A DNA stretch of 47,291 nucleotides, taken from assembly GCA_018267065.1 (NCBI GenBank), contig JAFDZG010000106.1, positions 1-47,291 on the forward strand, given 5' to 3'. The position numbers were made by a program, and so were the translations under genes. The notes below the pieces were generated by a model, which was given only the letters and a program-made list of their open reading frames with translations, was not told where the DNA came from and made no database searches. Position 1 is the stretch's first letter. Each line of letters opens with the position of its first letter. Positions 37,900 through 45,546 of the stretch are shown here, piece after piece. The stretch comes from Bacteroidota bacterium (GTDB lineage Bacteria > Bacteroidota > Bacteroidia > Flavobacteriales_F > PHOS-HE28).

Positions 37900-38886
37900 T
37901 CAATTAAATCCCACCAATGTCAGGCCCACGTTCAGTGCCCGCAGGTCGGGTGCAGTGCCTTCCTCGAAGATGGGCGTGAGCGCATACTCTGCAAAGAGGT
38001 TTAAGCCACCAAACCCGATCTGTGCGCGCGCCGCCAAGCGGTAGGGCAGCAGGTTGTAATCGTCCTTGCTACGGTTCTTTACATTGTGTCCGCCCTCGGT
38101 GTATTTCTGCTTGTACATGGTGTCGAAGTACCAACTGCCCACCACGCCAAAAGCCAAGTGGAAGTTGTCCTTGCGGCTGAAGGACCAGTCCGGTTTGCCC
38201 CGGAGCTCCTGTGCATCGGCCGGAAGCTTGGCGCGCTTGGTATTGAACTCCAACATCAGCGGCACGCGCAGGCCGATCTGGCGCAGCTTGTTCTTGCGCA
38301 GGTCCGGCGTGGCCATGGGCACGGCCCACGTGCTGTCGCCATTGGCCATCAACGTGTTGTTTTCGCTGAGCTTGTAATTGAGGAACTCCAGGCCCAGCCC
38401 GGTGAACAAACCGGCATGGTGGCTGCCGAACTCAACTTTCTCCTCCATGAAGTTGATGGCGAAAAAGCGGCTCCTGGCGTTGTTGAGTTGAAGAGGACCA
38501 CTTTCCGGTCCATCGCCCACGCGGCCGTCCGGCGCGATGAAGGTGTTGATGCCCAGCTCCACGCCGGCCCAGTAGGTGAAGAGGTTGCGGCGTTCCTGGC
38601 GCAAGTCGGCCAGGCGTTCCTTCAAGCTTTCCGCCGTGTCCATGTCATTGCGCGGCATGGTGATGATGCGGATGAGCTTTCTCCTGGTGGTGATGCGGAT
38701 GGTGTCCGGTCCGGCCTTCATGGTATCGGCCCGATCAACGCCCACGTGCATGCCGTCCGCGCCCGCACTGATCACCAATGCATGTTGTTTTTCCTGAACC
38801 TTCGCGCTATCGGCAACGGCACCGTCCTGCTGGGCGGAAGAAACCAAGGGCAACAGCAGCAGGGCGGTGAATCCAAGGGCTTTCAT
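37900..38886 (-). CDS. Outer-membrane beta-barrel protein (hypothetical), last gene of the ECF sigma operon
   Basis: 328 aa with signal peptide MKALGFTALLLLPLVSSAQQ, beta-strand pattern, C-terminal ...LNVGLTLVGFN. Confidence 0.7.
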   Translation of the reverse strand: MKALGFTALLLLPLVSSAQQDGAVADSAKVQEKQHALVISAGADGMHVGVDRADTMKAGPDTIRITTRRKLIRIITMPRNDMDTAESLKERLADLRQERRNLFTYWAGVELGINTFIAPDGRVGDGPESGPLQLNNARSRFFAINFMEEKVEFGSHHAGLFTGLGLEFLNYKLSENNTLMANGDSTWAVPMATPDLRKNKLRQIGLRVPLMLEFNTKRAKLPADAQELRGKPDWSFSRKDNFHLAFGVVGSWYFDTMYKQKYTEGGHNVKNRSKDDYNLLPYRLAARAQIGFGGLNLFAEYALTPIFEEGTAPDLRALNVGLTLVGFN

Positions 38887-38930
38887 GGTGTGGTCGTCTT
38901 TGAATGTGGGACGGCCTACGCCTGCTTAAG

Positions 38931-39314
38931 TTACAGTCCCGCCTGTTCAGGCTTGAAGGTGAAGCGTACGTGCGTGGTGTTCCACAGCCCGGAAGGGTTG
39001 GCGCCCACTTGCACCTTGGCCAGTTTGTGTACCACGTAGTCGCGCAGTTCACGGTTTTCAGAGCGGGCTTCCTTCACCACAAGACGGCCGTTCACATCCA
39101 CGGCAAAGGCCACGTCCACCGTGCCGCACATGGTGCCCTCTTCCGCGTCAAGCGGGAAGATCACGTGGTGGTTGATCTGGTGCATCACGGCGCGCTCCAT
39201 GGAGCGGCTGTTGGCGGTGGAAGGTACCGGTGCATCATCGCTGGTGGCGCGGACCTGGCCGGCGAAAAGCATGGTGCCCAGGAACAGCAGGAGGGAAAGA
39301 TGTGCGGTTTTCAT
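38931..39314 (-). CDS. Small secreted protein with a TonB C-terminal-like pattern (tentative)
   Basis: Internal ATG of ORF 38931-39356. Signal MKTAHLSLLLFLGTMLFAGQVRA. GTVDVAFAVDVNGRLVV...LRDYVVHKL resembles the TonB_C fold signature. Confidence 0.6.
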   Translation of the reverse strand: MKTAHLSLLLFLGTMLFAGQVRATSDDAPVPSTANSRSMERAVMHQINHHVIFPLDAEEGTMCGTVDVAFAVDVNGRLVVKEARSENRELRDYVVHKLAKVQVGANPSGLWNTTHVRFTFKPEQAGL

Positions 39315-39420
39315 GGTTGTGATGTGCTGGTTTTCGGACATAAGACGGCGGTGCAACGGATGTTGTTACAAGGCATATACGTTGTTGTGATGAACGGCAC
39401 GTATGCGGTGCGGGCGGGCC

Positions 39421-40716
39421 TTAACGGTCCCGGCTCGCGCTGATGGAGAATTTCCGGCCGAGGCTGAAACGGATCTTCTCGCGCGTGGCGCTGCGCTGCA
39501 CCTGCACACAGCCTGCCCCGTTGCTAACGGCGCCCACGGCACGGTCCGCCATGGCCAACAGATCATTGCCGTCCAATCCGCTGGAACGCTTGGGCGTGGC
39601 CAGCACGTCGCCGCGTAATTGGTTTGCTGCGAAAACCGCGAGGTCCTGGCCTTGTGAAACTGTTGATGAAGCCATCGGTACAGCTTTGCCCGCAGGTAAG
39701 GCAGGCGTAGTTTCTTGTGGCGCGGCAGGTGCTTCAGCCAATTCCGGCTCTTCCAACGGAGCCTCCACCGGAATGGGCACTGGTGCAACCCGCTGCGGGG
39801 ATTCCTGCCGCACCGCGGGGATGGCTTCGGACTTCCTTTGCTTGCCCACCCTTGAAGCGGCCGGCTGCGCGGGCTGTACCTGGGCAGGGCCGTTTGTTTG
39901 CGCGGCGGGCTTGGGTAGTTGCGGGTCCTCCTGGGCGGCAGACTTGGCAGGAAGCGGCGTTGCCGGTGCCAAGGGGCGGTTGCGCTGTGCCAATGATGCA
40001 TCATTCCGGTTGCTGCGGACCTGCACCCACAACCCCATGCCAATGCACAGCAGCACGCTCGCCGCGGCTGCCCAGCGTGTCCACAAAGGCAGCACACGCG
40101 TTTCGCGCTTCAGCATTTGCTTCTTCCACGGAAAAGCCACCGGCTCCGGTGGAATGCGCGCCATGGCCACCAACCGGTGTTCACGCTGCGTCTCCGGGTG
40201 GTCGTGCAGGTAGCGGCATAGCGCGGCATGCTGTTCCGGGCTGAGGTCGCCTTCCGCGTCGGCGATCAGGAAGTCTGTCAGGCGGTGGCTGTTCGGGAGG
40301 CCTTGTGGCGGGAAGTGTTTTTCCAGGTTGGCCTTTTGCATCAAAGGCACAGCTCCGGCTTTCACCTTGGTCTTGGCCATAAGGGCCGCATCCCGTGCGG
40401 CTTCCGGGTGCTCGTACAGGTAGCGTTCCAGCTCCAACTCCTGTTCAGGGGAAAGTTCTCCTTCAAGCCGTGCTGCTAAAAAATCAACTATCCGTGCCGC
40501 ATCCGGCATGCCGGTGGGAGGGAAGGTGCGCAGCAGCGATCCCTTTTCTTGGAAATGCTCCTCCGCCGCGTGGACCTTCGGCAGGTCACCAGCATGCACT
40601 GCAAGCTCGGGGTGCGCCTTCAGGAACGCATCCAAATGCTCCTCCTGTTCCGGGGTCAGCATACCCTCGGCGCGGTCCAGCAACCATGCTTCATATGTCG
40701 TGCGGTCCAACTTCAT
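39421..40716 (-). CDS. Anti-sigma-factor-like membrane protein with a triplicated N-terminal repeat
   Basis: 431 aa. Its start overlaps the sigma gene stop (ATGA). Three units of about 55-60 aa each carry EG.L(S/T)PEQ...L..(F/Y)L..HPE ... FPP.G(M/L)P, followed by a TM (VLPLWTRWAAAASVLLCIGMGLWV) and a Pro/Ala-rich extracytoplasmic region. Confidence 0.65.
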   Translation of the reverse strand: MKLDRTTYEAWLLDRAEGMLTPEQEEHLDAFLKAHPELAVHAGDLPKVHAAEEHFQEKGSLLRTFPPTGMPDAARIVDFLAARLEGELSPEQELELERYLYEHPEAARDAALMAKTKVKAGAVPLMQKANLEKHFPPQGLPNSHRLTDFLIADAEGDLSPEQHAALCRYLHDHPETQREHRLVAMARIPPEPVAFPWKKQMLKRETRVLPLWTRWAAAASVLLCIGMGLWVQVRSNRNDASLAQRNRPLAPATPLPAKSAAQEDPQLPKPAAQTNGPAQVQPAQPAASRVGKQRKSEAIPAVRQESPQRVAPVPIPVEAPLEEPELAEAPAAPQETTPALPAGKAVPMASSTVSQGQDLAVFAANQLRGDVLATPKRSSGLDGNDLLAMADRAVGAVSNGAGCVQVQRSATREKIRFSLGRKFSISASRDR

Positions 40717-41198
40717 AGCACGTTCTCCAGGCTGCCGATGTATTCCTTCAGCGCGGTGCGGCCCCGGTAGATGTACACTTTCACCTGGGTGACGTTCAGT
40801 TCGGTGAGCTCAGCGATCTCGTCGTAGCTGTATCCTTCCAGGTCGCGCAAAAGCACCACGCTGCGCTGCACTTCAGGTAATGTGGCCAAGGCGGCTTCCA
40901 GCACTTCCTTCAGGTCGGGCTGCTGTTGGTTGCCCCAGCGCAGGTCTTCATGCCGTTCCTCCATCCGCGTGCTTCTTGCATCCCGGCGTGCCGCGTCTAC
41001 CAGGAGGTGGTGCGCCGTGGTGAAGAGGTAGCTCTTGGCCTTGGCACCGTCCACGTCGTCCAGTTTTTGCCACAAGCGCGCGTAGGCTTCCTGTACCACG
41101 TCCTTGGCGTTGTCGCGGTCGCGCAGGTGCTTCACCGCAAAGCGGAAAATGCCGTCCGCATGGACTTGCACGGCGCTATTGTACTCGTGGAGGGTCAC
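40713..41198 (-). CDS. ECF-type RNA polymerase sigma-70 factor
   Basis: GTG start inside ORF 40713-41372 gives (M)TLHEYNSAVQVHADGIFRFAVKHL, a Bacteroidota ECF N-terminus. Region 2 (DVVQEAYARLW) and region 4 HTH (YSYDEIAELTELNVTQVKVYIYRGRTALK); 161 aa. Confidence 0.85.
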   Translation of the reverse strand: MTLHEYNSAVQVHADGIFRFAVKHLRDRDNAKDVVQEAYARLWQKLDDVDGAKAKSYLFTTAHHLLVDAARRDARSTRMEERHEDLRWGNQQQPDLKEVLEAALATLPEVQRSVVLLRDLEGYSYDEIAELTELNVTQVKVYIYRGRTALKEYIGSLENVL

Positions 41199-41383
41199 GG
41201 TGGGGGGATTACGGGTATGACGGGCACGCCCGGTGAAAGTTACAAGCAGGCGGAACACGCACGGATGGGCCTGCCACCATGGGAGTTCACGGCGTTGGAA
41301 GCCATTGTTTTCCGGGATGGTCCTTGATGCCTTCAGGCAACATCCATGGGGCAAGTACGCGTCATTGGACAAATACCACCCTG

Positions 41384-42685
41384 ATGAAGTACGTGAACCT
41401 GGTGCATTTGCTTGCTATGGCAGGGCTGATCAGCCTGGCCACACCTGCCTTGGCCACGGAATACTACGTGGAGCAGATCAATGTGCTTCCCGCATCACCA
41501 AGTGACCAGGATGCGGTGCAATTGGTGGTTTCGGGCTACCTGGCAAACACCCAATCCTACGTTTCCGGCATTACGGCAACGGTGGACGGGTTCAATGTTT
41601 TGGTTACCATCATTGCAAGCAACTTCGGGGGTATCAATATCCCGGTAACGGTGGCCCATGCGGACACCGTCGTATTGGGCACCTTGCCGGCAGGCACGTA
41701 CACCATCAATCTGAACGGAAACATGATCATGGATTCCGCACCCCAGGCACAGCACAGCTTCACGGTTTCCGGTGGGGCTGCCACCGTGTGTGATTCGCTG
41801 GTACTGGCCTCCGTCAGTTGGGCCCCGTTCAGCGATACCGCCTTGCTCGTGCATGTCTTTAACCCCACTTCCACCTTGTTCGACTATCCGGGATTCATCC
41901 TGCACGATGCCAATGGCGACACCCTTGCCAAGGAGACCGTGAACTTCTTCGGCATCGGGCAGGAAAGCTGGCACACACTGGCCATACAACCGGGTGCAAC
42001 CATTCCCCAAGGCCCTTTCAATGGCACCTTGGAGCTTTGGACGCTTTTCGGCCAAGAACTGGCGTGCAGCTGGAACCAGTCCTTCGACCTTTGCCCACCC
42101 GCACCCTGCGCACCCTTGAACGTGTTCCTGCAGAACACCGGCGGTGGAATGACGCTTGGGAGTTTCCACTACACCGTGCGCCAAATGGGCAATGAGGTGG
42201 CCGGCGGAACATTCGTGCTGTCACAGAATGCCCAATACGACAGTGATTCATTGTGCCTGCCGCCAGGTGCCTACCTGATGGAGGTAGTGCCGGACCAAGG
42301 TCCAACGGGAGGTCAACCCTTTTTCGGCGTGGGCCTTGGGAATGAGGTACAAGGACCCGGTGCACCCTTGGTGTTTACCACCCTGTCGGCCGTGGCATTC
42401 AACTTTTACGGTGCATGCTCCAATGGAACACAAGGCATTGCCGTGGCCGATCCCGCCAATTTGGTGCTGAACACGGGGAACGGTCGGGTTTCGGTGCGGC
42501 GTACGGATGGCCAGGCCTTGGGCGAGCTCCTGGTTTTCGATGCCCAAGGACGCATCGTGCTGGATGCGGTTGAAGCCGGGGCGCAACATGAATGGTCCAC
42601 TGCCGGGTGGGCTTCGGGGTTGTACTTGTTGCGTGAACAAGGGCTGCGCGGAAGTTTACTGACCCTGCGTTGGGTGGTGCCATAG
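41384..42685 (+). CDS. Secreted protein with a probable T9SS C-terminal sorting domain
   Basis: Internal ATG of ORF 41279-42685. Signal peptide MKYVNLVHLLAMAGLISLATPALA. The C-terminal roughly 80 aa (ELLVFDAQGRIVL...GLYLLREQG...LRWVVP) has a Por-tail-like pattern. Confidence 0.75.
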   Translation: MKYVNLVHLLAMAGLISLATPALATEYYVEQINVLPASPSDQDAVQLVVSGYLANTQSYVSGITATVDGFNVLVTIIASNFGGINIPVTVAHADTVVLGTLPAGTYTINLNGNMIMDSAPQAQHSFTVSGGAATVCDSLVLASVSWAPFSDTALLVHVFNPTSTLFDYPGFILHDANGDTLAKETVNFFGIGQESWHTLAIQPGATIPQGPFNGTLELWTLFGQELACSWNQSFDLCPPAPCAPLNVFLQNTGGGMTLGSFHYTVRQMGNEVAGGTFVLSQNAQYDSDSLCLPPGAYLMEVVPDQGPTGGQPFFGVGLGNEVQGPGAPLVFTTLSAVAFNFYGACSNGTQGIAVADPANLVLNTGNGRVSVRRTDGQALGELLVFDAQGRIVLDAVEAGAQHEWSTAGWASGLYLLREQGLRGSLLTLRWVVP

Positions 42686-42720
42686 GCCGGTATTGCCGGT
42701 AGCGCTTCGGATTGAACCAA

Positions 42721-42747
42721 CAAAGCCGCCCGGTTTGGGCGGCTTTG
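42721..42747. terminator. Bidirectional stem-loop terminator (11-bp stem caaagccgccc/gggcggctttg, 5-nt loop)
   Basis: Perfect inverted repeat between the convergent genes ending at 42685 (+) and 42771 (-). Confidence 0.7.
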
Positions 42748-42770
42748 CTGCGGTGTTCAGGATGTTCGGT

Positions 42771-43139
42771 TCACGGCTCCACGATCACCCTGCCCTTCAT
42801 CACGATGTGGATGCTGCAGAAGTAGTCCGTGGAAGCGGTCACTACCATCTTCTTGCTCGCGCCGGGTGCCAGCGGCCCGGTGGTCCAGGCACTGTCCGGG
42901 AGTGCGGTGGCATTGTGCTCCACCACGCCGTTGTTGGTGAACAGCAGGGTATCACCTGCATGGATGCGCACGGTGTCCGGCTGGAATTTCATCTGGGCGA
43001 TGTTCACCGTTACCGTTGTTGGCGCGGGCTTAGCGGGCGCAGGCTCTTGCTTGGGCTGTTCCGGTGAGCCGCAGGCGGCCAGCAGCACCAAGCCTGCCGC
43101 CAAACTCCCGGCGGCACACTTGAGAATGTTGCGGGTCAT
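42771..43139 (-). CDS. Cupredoxin (plastocyanin/azurin-like) copper-binding lipoprotein
   Basis: 122 aa with lipobox LLAAC. Type-1 copper ligand pattern VEHN ... YFCSIHIVMKG (H, C-x2-H-x2-M). Confidence 0.75.
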   Translation of the reverse strand: MTRNILKCAAGSLAAGLVLLAACGSPEQPKQEPAPAKPAPTTVTVNIAQMKFQPDTVRIHAGDTLLFTNNGVVEHNATALPDSAWTTGPLAPGASKKMVVTASTDYFCSIHIVMKGRVIVEP

Positions 43140-43687
43140 TTCTTGCTTGCGAATTCCTTCGCCACCATTTCGGCATGGGCCAAGTGCGAGTCAAGCACCG
43201 GCGAGATCGTCACGAACAGGTTCTTCAGCTCGGCATTCTGCGTTTGCGGGATCAGCACGGTCTTCACGGCATTGATCACAGCCTTGTGGTAGGCCACCTC
43301 ATTGTCGATGTAGGCCTTGTCAAAAGCCGCGCCGTTCAAGGCCTTCAGCTTCTTCATGGTAGTGGCTTCACCGGCGGTTAGCGACTTGCTCATGGCATTG
43401 TCCTTCGGGGTAACGCCCAGCTTGGCGGCCAGGTCGGAGGCTTGCTTGATCACGCCCTCGTGGTCCTTGATCATGGTTTCGGCGAAGTGGCGCACGTCCT
43501 TGTTCTTGGATTTCTCCAAGCACAGTTTTCCATAGTTCACGTCGATCTGGTTGGCCGTTACGCCCACATGGGCAATTTCGGGGTCGGTGAGCTTGGGCGG
43601 GTCCTGTGCAAAGGCTCCGGCATACAGGAAAGCGGAGAGCGCGAACAGCGTCGCGCCGCGTTGGATGGTAGTAGTCAGGTTTTTCAT
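43136..43687 (-). CDS. DUF4142-like periplasmic protein
   Basis: 183 aa with a signal peptide. Two helical half-repeats with (F)AE.MI.DH and DK.YID.EV..H patterns typical of DUF4142. Its stop overlaps the cupredoxin start (ATGA). Confidence 0.75.
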   Translation of the reverse strand: MKNLTTTIQRGATLFALSAFLYAGAFAQDPPKLTDPEIAHVGVTANQIDVNYGKLCLEKSKNKDVRHFAETMIKDHEGVIKQASDLAAKLGVTPKDNAMSKSLTAGEATTMKKLKALNGAAFDKAYIDNEVAYHKAVINAVKTVLIPQTQNAELKNLFVTISPVLDSHLAHAEMVAKEFASKK

Positions 43688-43708
43688 AGCGTTTTATCGC
43701 ATTGGTTG

Positions 43709-43728
43709 TCCAAGGAACAATCCTTGGA
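43709..43728. promoter_or_regulatory. Palindrome tccaagga-acaa-tccttgga in the leader/promoter of the DUF4142-cupredoxin operon
   Basis: 8-bp perfect arms, 22-41 nt upstream of the ATG at 43687. Confidence 0.3.
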
Positions 43729-43848
43729 TGCGATCCGTTCACGCAGGTTACAAGGAAACGGTGGATTGTTGCACGGCCAAGGCCGGTGTGTGGGCCGGCG
43801 GGGAAGCATACATCCGCCCAGAGCTTGCCCCTGTCGTTTAATACGGAT

Positions 43849-43864
43849 ATATGGTACACCATAT
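43849..43864. promoter_or_regulatory. 16-bp palindrome atatggt-ac-accatat, candidate antitoxin operator
   Basis: Perfect 7-bp arms, 29 nt upstream of the first vapB-like ATG and adjacent to a -7-like box. Confidence 0.4.
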
Positions 43865-43879
43865 CCCCATATCGAGCCC

Positions 43880-43887
43880 TATCTTTG
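43880..43887 (+). promoter_or_regulatory. Bacteroidota-type -7 box (TATCTTTG)
   Basis: Exact TAnnTTTG match only 5 nt upstream of the ATG at 43893, implying a leaderless or near-leaderless transcript. Confidence 0.35.
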
Positions 43888-43892
43888 CTGGG

Positions 43893-44069
43893 ATGAAAAC
43901 GACGGTTGAACTGCCCGATGAGCTTGTGCGCGCATTGAAGGTCCGGGCTGTACAGGAGGGTCGCACGATGAAGGACCTTTGGACGGAGCTGTTCACGAAG
44001 TTGCTGAAGGAACCCGTCAAACCGGGCAAGGGCGCACGGCGGCCGCCGGCAAAGCGCGGTAGCTTATAG
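43893..44069 (+). CDS. VapB-like antitoxin paralogue 1 (58 aa, short C-terminus)
   Basis: Internal ATG of ORF 43851-44069. MKTTVELPDELVRALKVRAVQEGRTMKDL parallels the N-terminus of the next gene. Confidence 0.6.
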   Translation: MKTTVELPDELVRALKVRAVQEGRTMKDLWTELFTKLLKEPVKPGKGARRPPAKRGSL

Positions 44070-44081
44070 CATTTGAAGCCG

Positions 44082-44336
44082 ATGAAAACAACCATTGAAC
44101 TGCCGGATGACTTGTACCGGAAGGCGAAGTTGCTCTCCGCAAGGCGCGGGGCCACCCTGAAGGAATTATTGACCGAGGCCATCCGTTCCTTGCTCCGAAC
44201 CAAGCCCGGTATCAAGCATGCCCATCGCTTGGGTTATGCGGAGATGCCCTTGTTGAAAGGGAGGCGGAAGGCTCCGGCAGGGAAGGAACTTACCCCTGAG
44301 CGCGTCCATGAGGTCTTGTATGGCAGTACCGAATGA
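44082..44336 (+). CDS. vapB: VapB-like antitoxin paralogue 2 (84 aa)
   Basis: ATG at 44082; the tracked ORF starts at TTG 44073. MKTTIELPDDLYRKAKLLSARRGATLKELL. Its stop overlaps the vapC start (ATGA). Confidence 0.7.
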   Translation: MKTTIELPDDLYRKAKLLSARRGATLKELLTEAIRSLLRTKPGIKHAHRLGYAEMPLLKGRRKAPAGKELTPERVHEVLYGSTE

Positions 44337-44773
44337 AGCAGTTCCTTCCCGATGTGAACGTGTGGTTTGCGCTTGCCCAAGTGCGGCACCAGCACCATCG
44401 CACCGCACAGGCATGGCTGCAAGGCATACAGGCCCCGGACAAGGTCGTCTTTTGCCGCCCCACCCAGCAAGGGCTTTTAAGGTTGTCCACCACGGCGGCG
44501 ATCATGGGACTGTACGGTACCCGCCCGATCACGAACGCTGCGGCATGGCGGAACTTTGGCGTATGGCTCACCGACCCGGTGATCGACTTTGAGGAAGAGC
44601 CTTTGCCCCTCGGTCCGGTCTGGGAAAAGTTCGGGGCAGTTCCCAGCGCATCCCCAAAACTTTGGATGGACGCTTACTTGGCTGCATTTGCCGTGACCGG
44701 CAACTTTACTTTGGTCACTACTGACAAGGCGTTCAGGCAGTTCAAGGGCTTGGATGTCCTGGTGCTGGGTTGA
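44333..44773 (+). CDS. vapC: PIN-domain ribonuclease toxin
   Basis: 146 aa. MKQFLPDVNVWFAL (first acidic residue), ...WMDAYLAAFAV..., LVTTDKAFRQF (PIN TxD). Confidence 0.85.
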   Translation: MKQFLPDVNVWFALAQVRHQHHRTAQAWLQGIQAPDKVVFCRPTQQGLLRLSTTAAIMGLYGTRPITNAAAWRNFGVWLTDPVIDFEEEPLPLGPVWEKFGAVPSASPKLWMDAYLAAFAVTGNFTLVTTDKAFRQFKGLDVLVLG

Positions 44774-44775
44774 AG

Positions 44776-44826
44776 GTCCCCGCAGCTCCACCGCCTCGGA
44801 TCCCTGCGCAGGGACTGTTTGTCAAC
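44776..44826. repeat. Terminator-like module, copy A (gtccccgcag ... ccaccgcctcg ... cctgcgcagggactgt..tcaa)
   Basis: Bulged 5+5-bp stem (44776-44785 / 44804-44815) between convergent vapC and the DUF5615 gene. It shares 11-nt and 16-nt identical strings with the module after lepA (45488-45546). Confidence 0.45.
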
Positions 44827-45176
44827 ATGCGCGTTGCCTCACCTTACCCTCTTCCACGGCGGTCAAATACCCTTCGAACATATATAAGCCGGAACGGAGC
44901 ATGATAACAAGCCGCTTTGCCACTTCCTCCGGCGTGGCAGGCTCATAGCGAAACAGGACTACCCCGAATGGGGCCCGATGTTTCTTATTGAACACCAACT
45001 CGCCAATATCCTGGTCGTGCGTGATAAGGGTGCGTTGTTCCGCCGTGGCAAATGTCAAAATGGTTGCATCGTCCGGTATTCGGATGTCGGTGCCAATACG
45101 CAGCCACATCATGGCCGATCATGCGCAAATGCAAGGCGGAGGCCTTTGCCACGCATTCATCGGCAAGGAATCTCAT
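44822..45176 (-). pseudogene. DUF5615-family (PIN-like) toxin gene, disrupted by a frameshift
   Basis: The frame from ATG 45176 gives MRFLADECVAKASALHLRMIGHDV (family-typical N-terminus) and then degenerates. The rest (WLRIGTDIRIPDDATILTFATAEQRTLITHDQDIGELVF...) continues in tracked ORF 44822-45112 in another frame. The junction is near 45101-45110 (gatgtggctg). Confidence 0.7.
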
Positions 45177-45412
45177 TTGGCTTCCCCAAGTGGCCGCGCA
45201 AAACGGCCCGCCGCAATGTTCTCGCTCATGAACCCGTAGATCGCCTTGATGTGGGTCGGCTTCAAGCGCTCATAATTCTCCAAAAGGGTTTGCTCGGTCC
45301 AGCCCTTGGCCATCAGGCCCAGGATGAACTCCACGGACAATCGCGTACCCTTTACCGTGGGCTTGCCTGAAAGGACTTTGGGATTGCTAACGATGTACTT
45401 GCGCCAATCCAT
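45173..45412 (-). CDS. DUF433-family antitoxin-like protein
   Basis: Internal ATG of ORF 45173-45472. MDWRKYIVSNPKVLSGKPTVKGTRLSVEFILGLMAKGWTEQTLLENYERLKPTHIKAIYGF matches the DUF433 pattern. Its stop overlaps the DUF5615 start (ATGA). Confidence 0.8.
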   Translation of the reverse strand: MDWRKYIVSNPKVLSGKPTVKGTRLSVEFILGLMAKGWTEQTLLENYERLKPTHIKAIYGFMSENIAAGRFARPLGEAK

Positions 45413-45487
45413 CACCCCAAGATAACGAAGCCAGATAGCCAGTCGTGCCAATTGAAGTCCTCGCCGGGCCACGAGTCCCCCCCTGGG

Positions 45488-45542
45488 CCACCGCCTCGAC
45501 GTTCCCGCAGGATTACCGCTTCGGGAGCCTGCGCAGGGACTG

Positions 45543-45546
<4 letters not shown>
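45488..45546. repeat. Terminator-like module, copy B, immediately after the lepA stop
   Basis: Contains ccaccgcctcg (45488-45498), gttcccgcag (45501-45510) and cctgcgcagggactgtcaa (45528-45546). The last string includes the lepA stop codon, just as copy A includes the DUF5615 stop. Confidence 0.5.

Noticed and set aside
41254-41258. GGAAC as a possible ECF -35 element in the sigma/T9SS divergent region
   Set aside because: No suitably spaced CGT-type -10 element follows, and the orientation does not match autoregulation of the sigma gene. The evidence is insufficient.
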